Assembly (NCBI GenBank): GCA_976226885.1
Contig: OZ320313.1
Coordinates: forward strand, 68,262,001-68,326,000
DNA from: Iphione sp. A-MEVVRFRX5
Taxonomy: Eukaryota
DNA: 64,000 nt
Direction of reading: 5' to 3'
A model generated the notes under the pieces. It was not told where the DNA came from. It did not search any database and saw nothing but the letters and a program-made list of their open reading frames with translations. A program made the position numbers and the translations under genes. Of this stretch, positions 12,707-24,700 are shown piece after piece; position 1 is the first letter of the stretch, and every line of letters begins with the position of its first letter.

Positions 12707-15700
12707 CTGAAAATCAAGAGAAGACAGAAAAAATGACAGAACAAATGATATAAGCAACTTAGCGGAATGCGTTCTTTCCTTGTGTGCTGCCTTCTACTTT
12801 TAAGAACTATGCTCTTTTATTGCTATATGTCTTGGTTACTGCAAAATTGAATCACCCAACATAAATGCATAATGCACCGGTCTGGGTGCTTGCACAATAT
12901 ATCTGCTTTGGCACGGAGGAGAAGGCTGTCCGTTGGAACTTCTATGAAGGGTAGCTGATCTACGCGTTTAGAAAATGTAATTGAACACGTTCGCTAGATT
13001 AATTAACGGTGATTGATCACGTCAATTGATCTACCGTCTTCCACTTTACGCAGCATTTCGCGCCATAATTACATGCATATTTAATGCGGATCGGTTTGCT
13101 TTCATGGAGGCGTAGACTAGAACAACATCTAGATACGTGGCTTTCGATATCCATTTGTCTTCAGTCTCATCCCGGTTCTAAATCACGCTACGAGTAAGAG
13201 CGTGTAAGATACACCGATTAGAGCAACAGGCAAGACCGCGGCGGTAGATGCGATATGCTTTGTAGTCAAGCGAATTCAAAATCTATTTTTTTCGACACAA
13301 AGTAAGGATTTCCAATTTTGATTGAAATGTGTACGAGCGACTATTTTCATGTTCGACAGGTTTCGCAAAGAATGTCAAAAAACATATTTATGTCGAGAAT
13401 CGTGAACAGCCTGTCCTCCATGACCACGTATGAATATTTTAGGACGCGTCGTATGTAAAGCGGAGGGATTCGCTTCGAAATGCTCTTCTCCCGTCGTGAG
13501 ATTTCCCCGTCCGCCCTGTAAACTATCTTCCAAGTGGTGTTGGTAAATGCCAGTCAGATATTTCCTTTTCTAGCCTATTCACTCAACAAGATGGCGAAAG
13601 CAACAACTCGACCAGCTCCGTCGTCTACTGACCTTTGGCAAGCATGCCTGGAGGGAGGATGACAGCGAGTGGAATGGTGCCGATGATTATGGGGACCGTC
13701 ACTTCGATGGGGTTGGAGACCCCTGCAGGCATCACTCCGACCTATGCCGTCAAATATGAAAGCGGAATCAGGACTCTCTCAAGGGAAGGTTTTCCAAGTA
13801 TGTATTTATTGATTTGCTCCGAACCTCCCCAAAATACCTGCTTAAGTGGGTAAATATGTGAAAGCTCGCTTCCAATTACTCGCTGTATTACACATAGCGT
13901 GCATGATATAGCTGTAGTGACCTTTTTATAGCTAGCCATATTGCTTATTATGTTTGATGCATTTACATATATTATGAGATATCCTGCTGTTTTAGCCCCC
14001 TTACCTGACATGGGGAAAGAATTAGAATTTTAAATTGAAGGTACTTACCGTAATAACGTAGTCTATATCTATGAGGTTGCAGCCGTCAAGCCTGGAGGGA
14101 GGGAGGGGTGGTATGTGGATGATATCATGAAACAAGGCGTTGTCTCCGGGCTTGATCTTTCCTCCTGATATGCGGAAAATATCCGAACAACAAGTTTTGG
14201 AAACACCAGCAGCATGGAAATGTACTAACTGAAAGAATGAAATAAAGGGTCTTTTAGATGACAATTGAAACTTTGATATGCTGTGCAATCAATAAAAATG
14301 ATCGGTTTAAAATTGTGTATTTCATATATCTAAAGCTATTCACGTTAGCCGCACTAGCCATATAGTCTATGCAATATATGACACAACAAATGAAGGCCAG
14401 TTCTCTATGCCAGCTTCAGAAGCAAGCTGCAATAAGATTTCAGATCAGGCTTGACCCCGCCTTATCCCTGTTTCTTTAGGCCCTTGGTGAGATGGGAGCG
14501 ACGTGACTGGAACTAGAAATGCAAACTTGAATGCCAAATTGATACGTCAGAGACCGCCACAGGAGGCAAGATCGATGACGTCATTGAATAGGCAGAGAAT
14601 TTCTCATTTAGTGCATGCATTTTGGACGAAAAACATTTTTGCATATTAAATACTTTACTGCTGCGTTAAATGCTGTGTCAAATGTAACTAAGCAGAACCG
14701 TGTCGCATATACAGTCGGGGTGCGAATGTGTGTCCAAAACGTCCAGCCGTTGTTGTTTATCCCGCAAATTATGGAAGATCGGTATTTCAGGCGGACGCCC
14801 TTCAATTCTGCCGAAGCATAATGTTAATTGTGGGTATCTTATAATTAAACACCAAAGGAGATGGTACAAGTTGTCTCCTTTAGGGGGTGGCCGCACCCAT
14901 TAATAACTGGCGTTTCGGGATCCTTTGCTTGACTAGGCAGGCACGATACGATAATATGGAAAAATCAATCACTACAAGATGGCGGCATGGGATGGTTCCT
15001 GAGGAGCACAAAACAAACTGCTGTGCTCCCATCAGGACAATTAGTAAAGACAAATAGTCACCGGTTTTCTAATATTGTCTTTGTTGGCTCTCAAGACGAC
15101 AGCAAACAAGAGGCTAATCTGAGCCTCAAGGAATGTTCTCCCATAAGTATATAGTAACGAAAATTTTGACAAGAATGCCAACAGCAGTAGCCTGGACTGA
15201 ATCCAAGGGCGAAGGCGCGAAGATCTACATGTATGTGTATGATGAACAGTGAATATTACATGAAGGCAACTGTGTTTATCCAAATAAGGAGAACAGAAAT
15301 CTGTATTGCGCTGAGGGGACGCTGCACACGACCGTACATTGATCTGAAGTCGGCTTCCACACTACATTGCTTATTAGTTACGTTAATTAAAAGATTGCAA
15401 CGTGAATAGTTAAAGAGAATTATTTTTTTCAAAAGCACAAAGGCACCGCCTTGAAGATGTTCTTACATTAAATGCATGTTTGAATGTATATGTATTTGCA
15501 TTAAGGCCTGTCAATAACACTAATATTATGTTCGCGTTAGTGGAAGGAAACATATATAAGCAGATTGGCAGAGAGATAAACACGACAGATATCTAAACAG
15601 AGTGTTCTGTCCGATTCTTTGATCGGCGTACAGAAGAATGCAGCTGTCGTCTTCCTGCATTAAATGCATGTATGTGTACGTTTATACATACGTCATGTAT

Positions 15701-18700
15701 GTGCCGTACAATATGTGCATCATTATCGGCACGCGCTCAGAAAGGGCTAATGGCGGGCCTGTTTTTAGAGCGAAGATGATGAATAAAACCATTTCTTTCA
15801 TTTTGAAAGGCATTTTCCTGTCTGTTATTGGATCTAGTGGAAACCTCCCCGATGTTACATGGAAAATTAGCACCTGACGGCCATTAGGCTAGACTCTTGA
15901 AAGGGTTCACACCTTTTGTGTTTCGACCACCACCATTCCGTTTGCGACCAAACACTGTTAGATTTGCTCCTTGATAGGTAATTACCCTTTATAACACCTC
16001 AACGTACGTTGGAATGCAAAGACGGAAAACTCGGCAACGTCCGTGCACTACAGTATTGATTTCATTAAGCACTTCAGTCCGACATTGTTTTGTGGGCATA
16101 TAATGATAAGAATCCTTACTTTTTATTCGCACTCCTACCGACAATGACAAAAATATTACATGCACGTATATGTGTGTATACATGTATACTGAACAGTTAA
16201 TCCTGAAAAAGACAACCGAAGCATGAAGCGCTTTGCTTAATCAAAATGTTTTCCAGTTGCTGTAAAATTAACCGATTCCCTCCACTTCCGAAAGCTGCTT
16301 TTTTTTAACCTGATTTATATGCGGGAACAACCAGATGAACCAACAAACCTGTTGCATGGTGACATATGAATGAGTTATGTCCTTGCGGCTGAAGTTTTGA
16401 ATCTCAGCGTCCAAGTTAATGTCTTCTCCTGGAACGTAGCCGGTCCGGTCCAACCTCAGTGCACAAGAGATAGGTCCCGACTTGCAGCAGCAGCAGCACA
16501 CGTACTTGTCTCGCCTCATCTGCACACTCTCCTACACAAATACAAAACAGGAAAATACATGAATGTACAGGTCTATAGGTCCCCAACTGAATATGGCCAG
16601 CTGTGTGCATACTCAAGAAGGACCTTTGATTAGGATCATGGGCAATGTTTATAAAGGCTATTCTGAATAAAATTTCTTTCGTACCTTGGATAAAATGAGA
16701 AAAAAATTGAACATTACTTGATGTGGTAATTCCATTATAGTAGCTTATTTCCAGAAAACAGGGTGCAAAAAGGCCGAACGAAGGTAAAAATAACCACCGT
16801 CGTTCTCTTCTCATTGATGTGAGTGCTCTTAAAATGTTTGCTGTAATGTTGATATATTACATGAAACTGTAAATGCACTGTTGACTAGGTAGCTGCAAGG
16901 ATCTATATATTTGAGCTTCTTCTACTCCGTCTTGTAATGAATCACGTCATTTTCTTTACGAACAAGCGGCTGATCCATTCTTAACTTTCTTGGGACAAAT
17001 GCGTCGCCCTGCCACGACCTAAATGAGTAGTTATTGTCCAGAAAATGGTTCAGTAATGATAGGTGATAAACTGAGTGTCAAGCAAACAATCAATGCTTAA
17101 TAGAATTATGGCAGTGTTGTCCCCACATACTAGACAAAGTATTTAGGGCTTTTGTTCTGCCATACATTGATCAAGGATTGGCCTTCCTAATGATGCCCGC
17201 TTAGACATATTGCAAAGAAATAATGAGGCAGTAGAACTATGTAACTCTTGTCCAGAGGCACCAATATTTCCACGCACTAATCATGTTTGACCTAGTCAAC
17301 ACAGAAAAGCGTTACACAACAAGCTCATATGGAACCGCCGGCCACTGCCCAGCCCGTAGTAGACTTTTCAAAAAATCAATCATTCTTGCTCTACGGGATA
17401 AAGCTGGGGAATTCAATTCTTTTGAATACCTGCACATACTGCTATAAAAGTATTTAATTTATTTCAACATTTTGTAAAGGGTAATTATTAAATACTTTAC
17501 CAGATGTTAGTTTTTGTTTGCAGCCTCCAATGAAATTGAAATTGAAGTTGTGTTATATGCAATCTTATGGAAATACGATTGTGAATTACTCATTCGATTT
17601 TGAGTCAACTAAATCACGCTATACAGATGGACATTCAGAAAGAAATGCATTCCTAGGACTCCGCTATCATAGGCAGAAGATCAGTGACCGGATTTTATTA
17701 GAAAAGGGCCTCGTGTAATGAAATGCATTTATTCACGATTTCTCTGTCGTTTGTGAATGTCGAGCTCGTTTTAGTCAGTATGAATACTTGGATAGAAATA
17801 AGGTTGTGCAGAATGTCGACGTATCATTGTGTCCATTATTACCTTTGTACATTAGTTAACACGGAGCCACAATAAATGTCTTGCAATATTTTAGATCATC
17901 TTAAGAAGATAAGGAAGACAACTTTTGCATCGTTTTTTTGTGTGTTGATCGTTTTTGAGCTGTAACACCAAAACTAGACTGTATCGGATGAAATCAAAAT
18001 GTCTTTCAAATCACAGTAATTTCTTGCTGAGAGATAGTGATGAGCCGAGGAATCCGCCCCTATTGCCTGCGTGGCTTCTATCTACCATGCCCTTTCTGTG
18101 TCCTCGCGCTCCAATTTTCTTACTTATCCTGGCTGTCTATTGTGTTTATTAGACACTGCTGACGTCGAACTAATCTGGAGAACCATGAATTTGTTAATCT
18201 TAATCTTGCACGATTCCTAAATCTCTCCAAATTACAGCTCATTTCTTCAGTAAGGAAAGATGGGCTCCTGGCTGAAATTAGATGCGAAGGCGTTCTGCAG
18301 GTCTGTTACCGTTGTACTAATCGATTTAAACCAGTGACTGTGGAAACTCTTAAGTATTCCGCCTGGAATGTCACTTTATATGTAGGGTCTATCGCACGTG
18401 GAGCGACAGCGGCGGCAAAATAGATACAACAAGATAGAGCTTGATAGTAAGACAGTATCAAAACAGGTGTGGCCCACATATCCTATGTAAATACGCTTTA
18501 CTCAGGGTCGGGCGTCGGTAAGCAAAATGACAAATATCTAGGCTGATATGGCGATGAACTATTTGTAATCAAATGTTCAAGAACGTTCCCGCACACGACC
18601 TTTGCACATAATACATTTAGATATATGTACATGTACGTCTAGAGCAAAGAGAACTTGCAGCGGCATGTGGACAGAAATTTACTACAGGAACTACGATGGA

Positions 18701-21700
18701 AAGAGGAAGAGGGAATGCTTTCTAGGAAAGAAAAAACGGCACGAGGTTTTAAATATTAGCGCACATAACACCCGTGAAGATAAAACGAGATGGAAGACGT
18801 TTGCTTATACCAATATTAGAAACAGATTTCAGCAATATGCTTTCTACTATATTGCTTTCTGACGATTTCCTGCACTATAACATGAGCGAAACCAGACAGT
18901 TTTGAAAATGAGAAAGTAAGATTTACCTTCCCCGTGTATCTTTCAAAAATGCCAGTGCATAGTTGGTATTTCTGTAGAATTACATGTCCTGTTCTGTTTG
19001 AACTTTTTAAGGCTCAGTACTTCATGATAATTGGCCAGAATTCAAGATAAAAAAGGACATTTATCGAGCTGGACGCACTTTTATAGATATACAAAAACAA
19101 CATTTCTAATTTTAAATAGTCCAAATTCTGCATGTTGTGGCGCCTATAAATGAAAGGGCTTTCTCAATTGTTTCTGATGTCCAAAAACAGTATCCAGTGA
19201 ACACGCTGAAACACGACATGCTCAATAATTACTGTCCTTCATTCCATTCCTTTGTGTTTATTATCAAAGGTAACTTTATTTAATACTTTATCCTAAAAAG
19301 ACTTAATGTAATGCGCTCGCCGGCACGCGACTTGCATATTTTTTTCCAAGGTACAAATTGGTGTCGCTGTGTGAAAATTTAGTAATCAGTGAAGTTTTTA
19401 TTAAAACCTCAAGAACTGAAGTTTAAGGCTGTTAACAAGCAATACCACGTGGAATGATCGGTACACTTACACTGACAAATGATACATGTAATTCTGGTGA
19501 TTGTCGATGATAAATATGATTCTCAAAACTCGATTCATACGTCTCTATCTGTTAAACATGAAGAACAATAAAGCACAAATTGAATGCACTCCAACCAATT
19601 GCCATTATGGTGGAGGCGAGCATGAAAGACTTCACACGATTTGGTACCTTTTGAATCGTTGTTAATGTGTAATGAAATCTGCTGCTTCAAAATTGGTGTA
19701 AACATTAATTATCACTGTAACTGGGTTATTTTAAGTTATCTAAAAAGCACAACCAAGGCAGAGAATGTAATATACTATTGGATGCGATATACGATGAGGG
19801 AATGCCGACCTCTACTCGTTATCTGTGGGGTACCGCCATAGAGAGCATAGATAGCTATGAATATCTTAGTATACGTCTAGGTAATATATTATCGACAACA
19901 TCCCATAATAGAAAGCACTTAAAACGCTCCTCTAAATTGTATTACTTTCGGCACACGTTGGGGTTTTTTTAGACAGAAAACGTCTCTCCTTATCGTGTAT
20001 TCAGTTCTCTATATATATAGATATGCATAGAGAGAAACCATTAATGGAAGATGCAGGAGCTGAGGAAAATAACACAACTAAAGCTATTCATGCCCAATCC
20101 TGCCCATGCTTCCAGAAACGGATCCCATGCGCAGTAAATATGCATGACGAGCAGAAAGCTAGCAGTGTTAAAGCCGGAAGAGATTTTATGAAGGGAAGAT
20201 ATAACCGGCTACGTGCCAGGCCCATTGTATGCTAAAGGGCAAGTGAATGATGACCAACAACTCCTCAGAGCAACGTCAGTTATGGCGGTTTATTCCCAAA
20301 CAGGTTATGGGTCTTTCTAAAGGGGGGTGGAAGGAAATGCGTGTGTATTCATTTTCAAACTAACAATGATTATTCATAGCACAGGACAACCTGCACTTGT
20401 TGCGCCATCTGGAATGAAAGCTAGTGAGAGGCATGTTGGCATGACGCACTGACAGCATCTCCTGTAGGGATCGCTTATCATCATTCCTCGACCGCTTTCC
20501 ACGAGACCTTGTGGATGCTGCCCATCCAATTTGCCGTTATGTATTTTTTCTTCCATATGCGAATATGCGAGTGGGGCATTATTGTGGTTTCTTCATTTAG
20601 CCGTACAATGTCCCATGCATGGGCACTACAATACCATGCCTGACAAGGATCAGTATTACCGTAACCATTATTTCATTGTACGTATTCTACTTACTAACTA
20701 ATTGTCATCGTAGTTTTGGCACCGAGTGCTCAGCTCCATTTCAGATGCCCTGCCTGCATTTTTGTCGCCTGGTTTCTTTTCATTCTTGATTTGCTCTCAT
20801 AGTAATATACTTTGTTACAATATAAAATCTTCATATGCTTTACCGTGTATTGTGCTATCATTTCAGTATATATAAAGAGTAAAAATGTACCAATAGTTAT
20901 TGCAAACTAAAACAGTGTCACTCGAAAGGGTGCAGTGAATGTGGTGAGGTACACAAGTACAACAACCTTTTCACATGTCTCTAAAAGTGTTAACGTGACC
21001 AATGGTTGTGCCCAGTTGGGTTACTCACGGAGACTCGATGTTCTTTGTTAAGGTCGAGTGCACTGAGAATGATGAGTGTCCTGTCCCTGGTCTGACGTAC
21101 GTGCTCGTCCGGGCTGTCCAGACGCGCCCGCAGCAAGTAGTGCACCCGTCCTTTACACACATCCTGTGATTCAAACGATGACGACAGCGAGTCGGGCAGT
21201 CGGAACTGGAAGTTGTATTCGTGTGCGCCTGCCGTCAGCACTGAATTCTCCCCGGGTCGCCGCTGACCGGGCTCTGCAAAGAAAAAATCTGTAGAGGATT
21301 TCTTCGGAAAATGACATCGCCTAGACATGCATTGGTAACTGCTTGCAAAGGAAACTTACACATTATGTGGAACCATAATGGATGATGATACGAAACTCTC
21401 CCCCCAAAAAACGATGAGCTGCACAAATACAGAAAATACGGAACGAACAGAAATGTTCTGTATTTATCACACGAAACTGCATACGTCGTGTGGAGGGGGG
21501 AAATGCCAAAGGCTTCATCAGGTAACGAGACGTAATGGCAGAATGTGTCTCTTCTTATTCGATATAGACCACTCTCAAATAATCATTCGACACTTATATA
21601 TATCCTGTTCATTCTGTATGTACACATAAACATGGAGTATTATTTCCACAATATAAACACATTTTATCCTCACAAATATTTGTGTAGTGCGTTTGAATAC

Positions 21701-24700
21701 AGAGTGTGCCTTTCCTGATCCTATACGGAACAAGAAAGGATTGACACGTGAGCATGTTATTTAGTTTGTAGGCTCTTAGGAGAAAGGTGGGGGATATCTT
21801 GCCCTTACGCCACTGATTCCTAATTATCATACTCTTACAAACAGCGACCATCCTTTAGCTGCTGGCACTGGTTTAAAATCTGATCCGATTCGCTCTGAGC
21901 ATCTCCTCAGCGGCGCCAAATGAGCGGCTCACACAGCATATTCTCATCTCTCATTAGCTTCGGGCCTTCTTATTCGACCATTGTCGCTGAGCATCACTGC
22001 TGCTGATTTTGCATGGGCTCCTGAGAGCACGACCGGCTCTGCTTGTCTGCCCCCCCCCCCACCACCAATCCCCACCCCCTACACCACCCACCCACTCATT
22101 TATCTCCACAGGCGTGCAACCCGGATGGCTTCTCGTCGAGACTTTGTGGGGCACCTGAGGGAATTGGGTTATCACCTGGATCCCTTCCCAAATCGGCCAA
22201 AGTTATTGGGCTTCGTGCCTGCGCAACAGCCTTCGAGGCGCATTACGGCCGGTGTTACAGCAAACGTTTAGGAAGGGAAGGCTGCTGTAAACCTATTCGC
22301 ATCGGAAACAGCACGGCTAAAGTAACACCACGAAAGTACGTAAAAACCAAACATGGGGCCATTGAGGTGCCGCAAAAGTAAAAGACTAATCCAGCGAAAC
22401 TATTAAACTTTTCCCGATTCACATTCTTTTGACGCGCCGTTAATGTGTCTGGTACATGCAATATTTATTTTACTGTTTAGCCAAGGATTCTCATTAAAAG
22501 AAGGGAATAAGGCTACAGTGATAACATATACAGACTCGGAAAACAATAATTGGTATATTAATCAAAATAAATGAAAGCCTGACACCATTTGGACGAGGGT
22601 GGCACATTTGCATTATTTAATCATGTGAATGGTGAAAAATGCTCCCAAATTCTATACGTCGTGCATAAGGTGATTCTTCAGCTTTTGACGAGTGAATTGA
22701 TAGACTTCAATAGAATGACTGCTGAAATCTGAGTATGTTTTCCCTCTGTATTTTAGTAAAAGAAATAAAATATGAAATACTAGCAGCCTATTGGTGGCAG
22801 TCAAGCAGAATGGACACAATATAACAAATAATTGATACATGAGCCATCTAGTGAAATTGAATTTATTGGGAACGGCAGCCAGTAGTGATGACTTCGAATC
22901 ATTTTGCAAACAATAGTGCGTCCAGTTTGGAACACAGACTAGATAACATATAGTAAATCCCTCATTACGTAGGACACAGTATGGCCTACATTAAGTTACT
23001 CATCCCATCTGCCAGAAAAATATTTAATAGCACTGCCAGCAAAGCGAACAACACCAACCCACCATCAACAATTGCCTCCAACAAACGCAAGGCAATCGAA
23101 ATTGAACCGATGGGACAAGAAGCATACTAAACCACTTCGCCCCCTAACAAAGTTAGTGAAAAGCCAGGCACAATCAAGTAGGAAACACACGACTGTCTAC
23201 CCTAAAGACCGTTACAAGACCTCATCTACTTGCCCGAGTGAAGACACCGACAGCAGTGATGACGAATGCAGTAACGTGACAGAAAGGAAAACAACAACTG
23301 CTCCTGCCATCACCCCAGTACCTACCAACAACGTTCCAGTCCCTGACAACAACGACAAACCGAAATGGACTCTTAAACAACTGACCAAGGACTTAACAAC
23401 CACACCAGAGGCCAGCAATGCAGAGAAGGAAGAAGGAGAGCTGAGCAACACTGATAAGGAAGAGGAGAAATCCCAGAAAGCATCATCCGAAGACCGTGAA
23501 GAACATAAGAGATCCCACCAGTACAGGGAGGGATCTGGTATAAAGCATGAACAAACTGACACTCAGTAGAGAGGAAAACCTAAAAGCGAAGTTTTTGTCC
23601 AGTAGGCACTAATGATCAGATAGACACCATCAGTAACAATGGCAGGGACACCCCCGAGGAAAGCATCCCCAAGAGTGAAATACTATTTGATCTATACACA
23701 ATAGTTCGGAAAGTTAACCAGAATGTAGGCATAGCCATGTCTCAAGTAATGTATAATGAAGGACTAATCAGCTGGCAACAGTATACCAAATTTGACCAGT
23801 GAGTAGACACAGCCAGTCGCACAGACTCTACCCTATATAATCATATTTATATGCCAGAAAAAAATTTTTGCACTGTTATTCTAGTTACACCTGTTGAGAG
23901 CCTACATTTGCCAAGCTATTCCATATAAGGTATTGACCCATTTGCATCTAATTAAAGTGATCATTTTTACCAATATGCTTAACCATAATTCACCTATTGC
24001 CAATCCTCCTGATGAAGACCAACTGAGGTCGAAACGTTGAGTGTAACCACAATCAGAAATAAAAGCCAACCTTACCAATTGGATCTGGGACTCAGGGTTT
24101 TGATTGTTAATTAACTTCTACAAAGTATTTAAAAGGTAGTCGTATATTACCTAACCGTGATACTACTACAGTTTTAAGAACAATGCTTGAAACCTATGGT
24201 ACTCGCTACGTCAGGAACTAGTATATCAACGTTCAGAACATAATCCGCACGTTGTTGCCCTGCAAAATTCAGTACACAGATGTCTATGATAGCAACGCGC
24301 CAGCAGAGGGAAATTAAACCATATTATAGTGCTACAGCAGGCGTTCATACAAGGGGCAAGCACTCCCAAGGGCATGCCGCGTTCCCCTTGGACGTCTAGA
24401 GATGTTGCCCTGTTAGCCGTAGATCACGATCTACTGAATACGTCTATAAACGCTAATCGTATGAAACAAACTGTTCGGAAAGACTGACGGGGCACGTCCG
24501 CTGTAGGTTCAGCAGTATCGTTACCCTACAAGGCAATATCATAGAAGGGCCAATACGAGGAGAATGGTATGGTTCGATAAAGTTAGGTGAGCCAGCCAGT
24601 GCATGTATACACTCTAGATTTCAGTGGAAACCTGGCCGGACGAGACTAGAAGCGTCTCACCGACAATACTCGTGAAAGGCTGAAATGGCAATCATTCAGC

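Noticed and set aside
12404-12757. 117-aa ORF as an independent gene
   Set aside because: Its N-terminus is the polypyrimidine tract and acceptor of the last ARRDC exon; the homologous frame is a different one. Kept only as a possible alternative frame.
14003-14048. AG|GTAAGG site 44 nt downstream of the exon donor (alternative donor or recursive site)
   Set aside because: The extension contains an in-frame TAA and the intron is only 307 nt; nothing supports its use.
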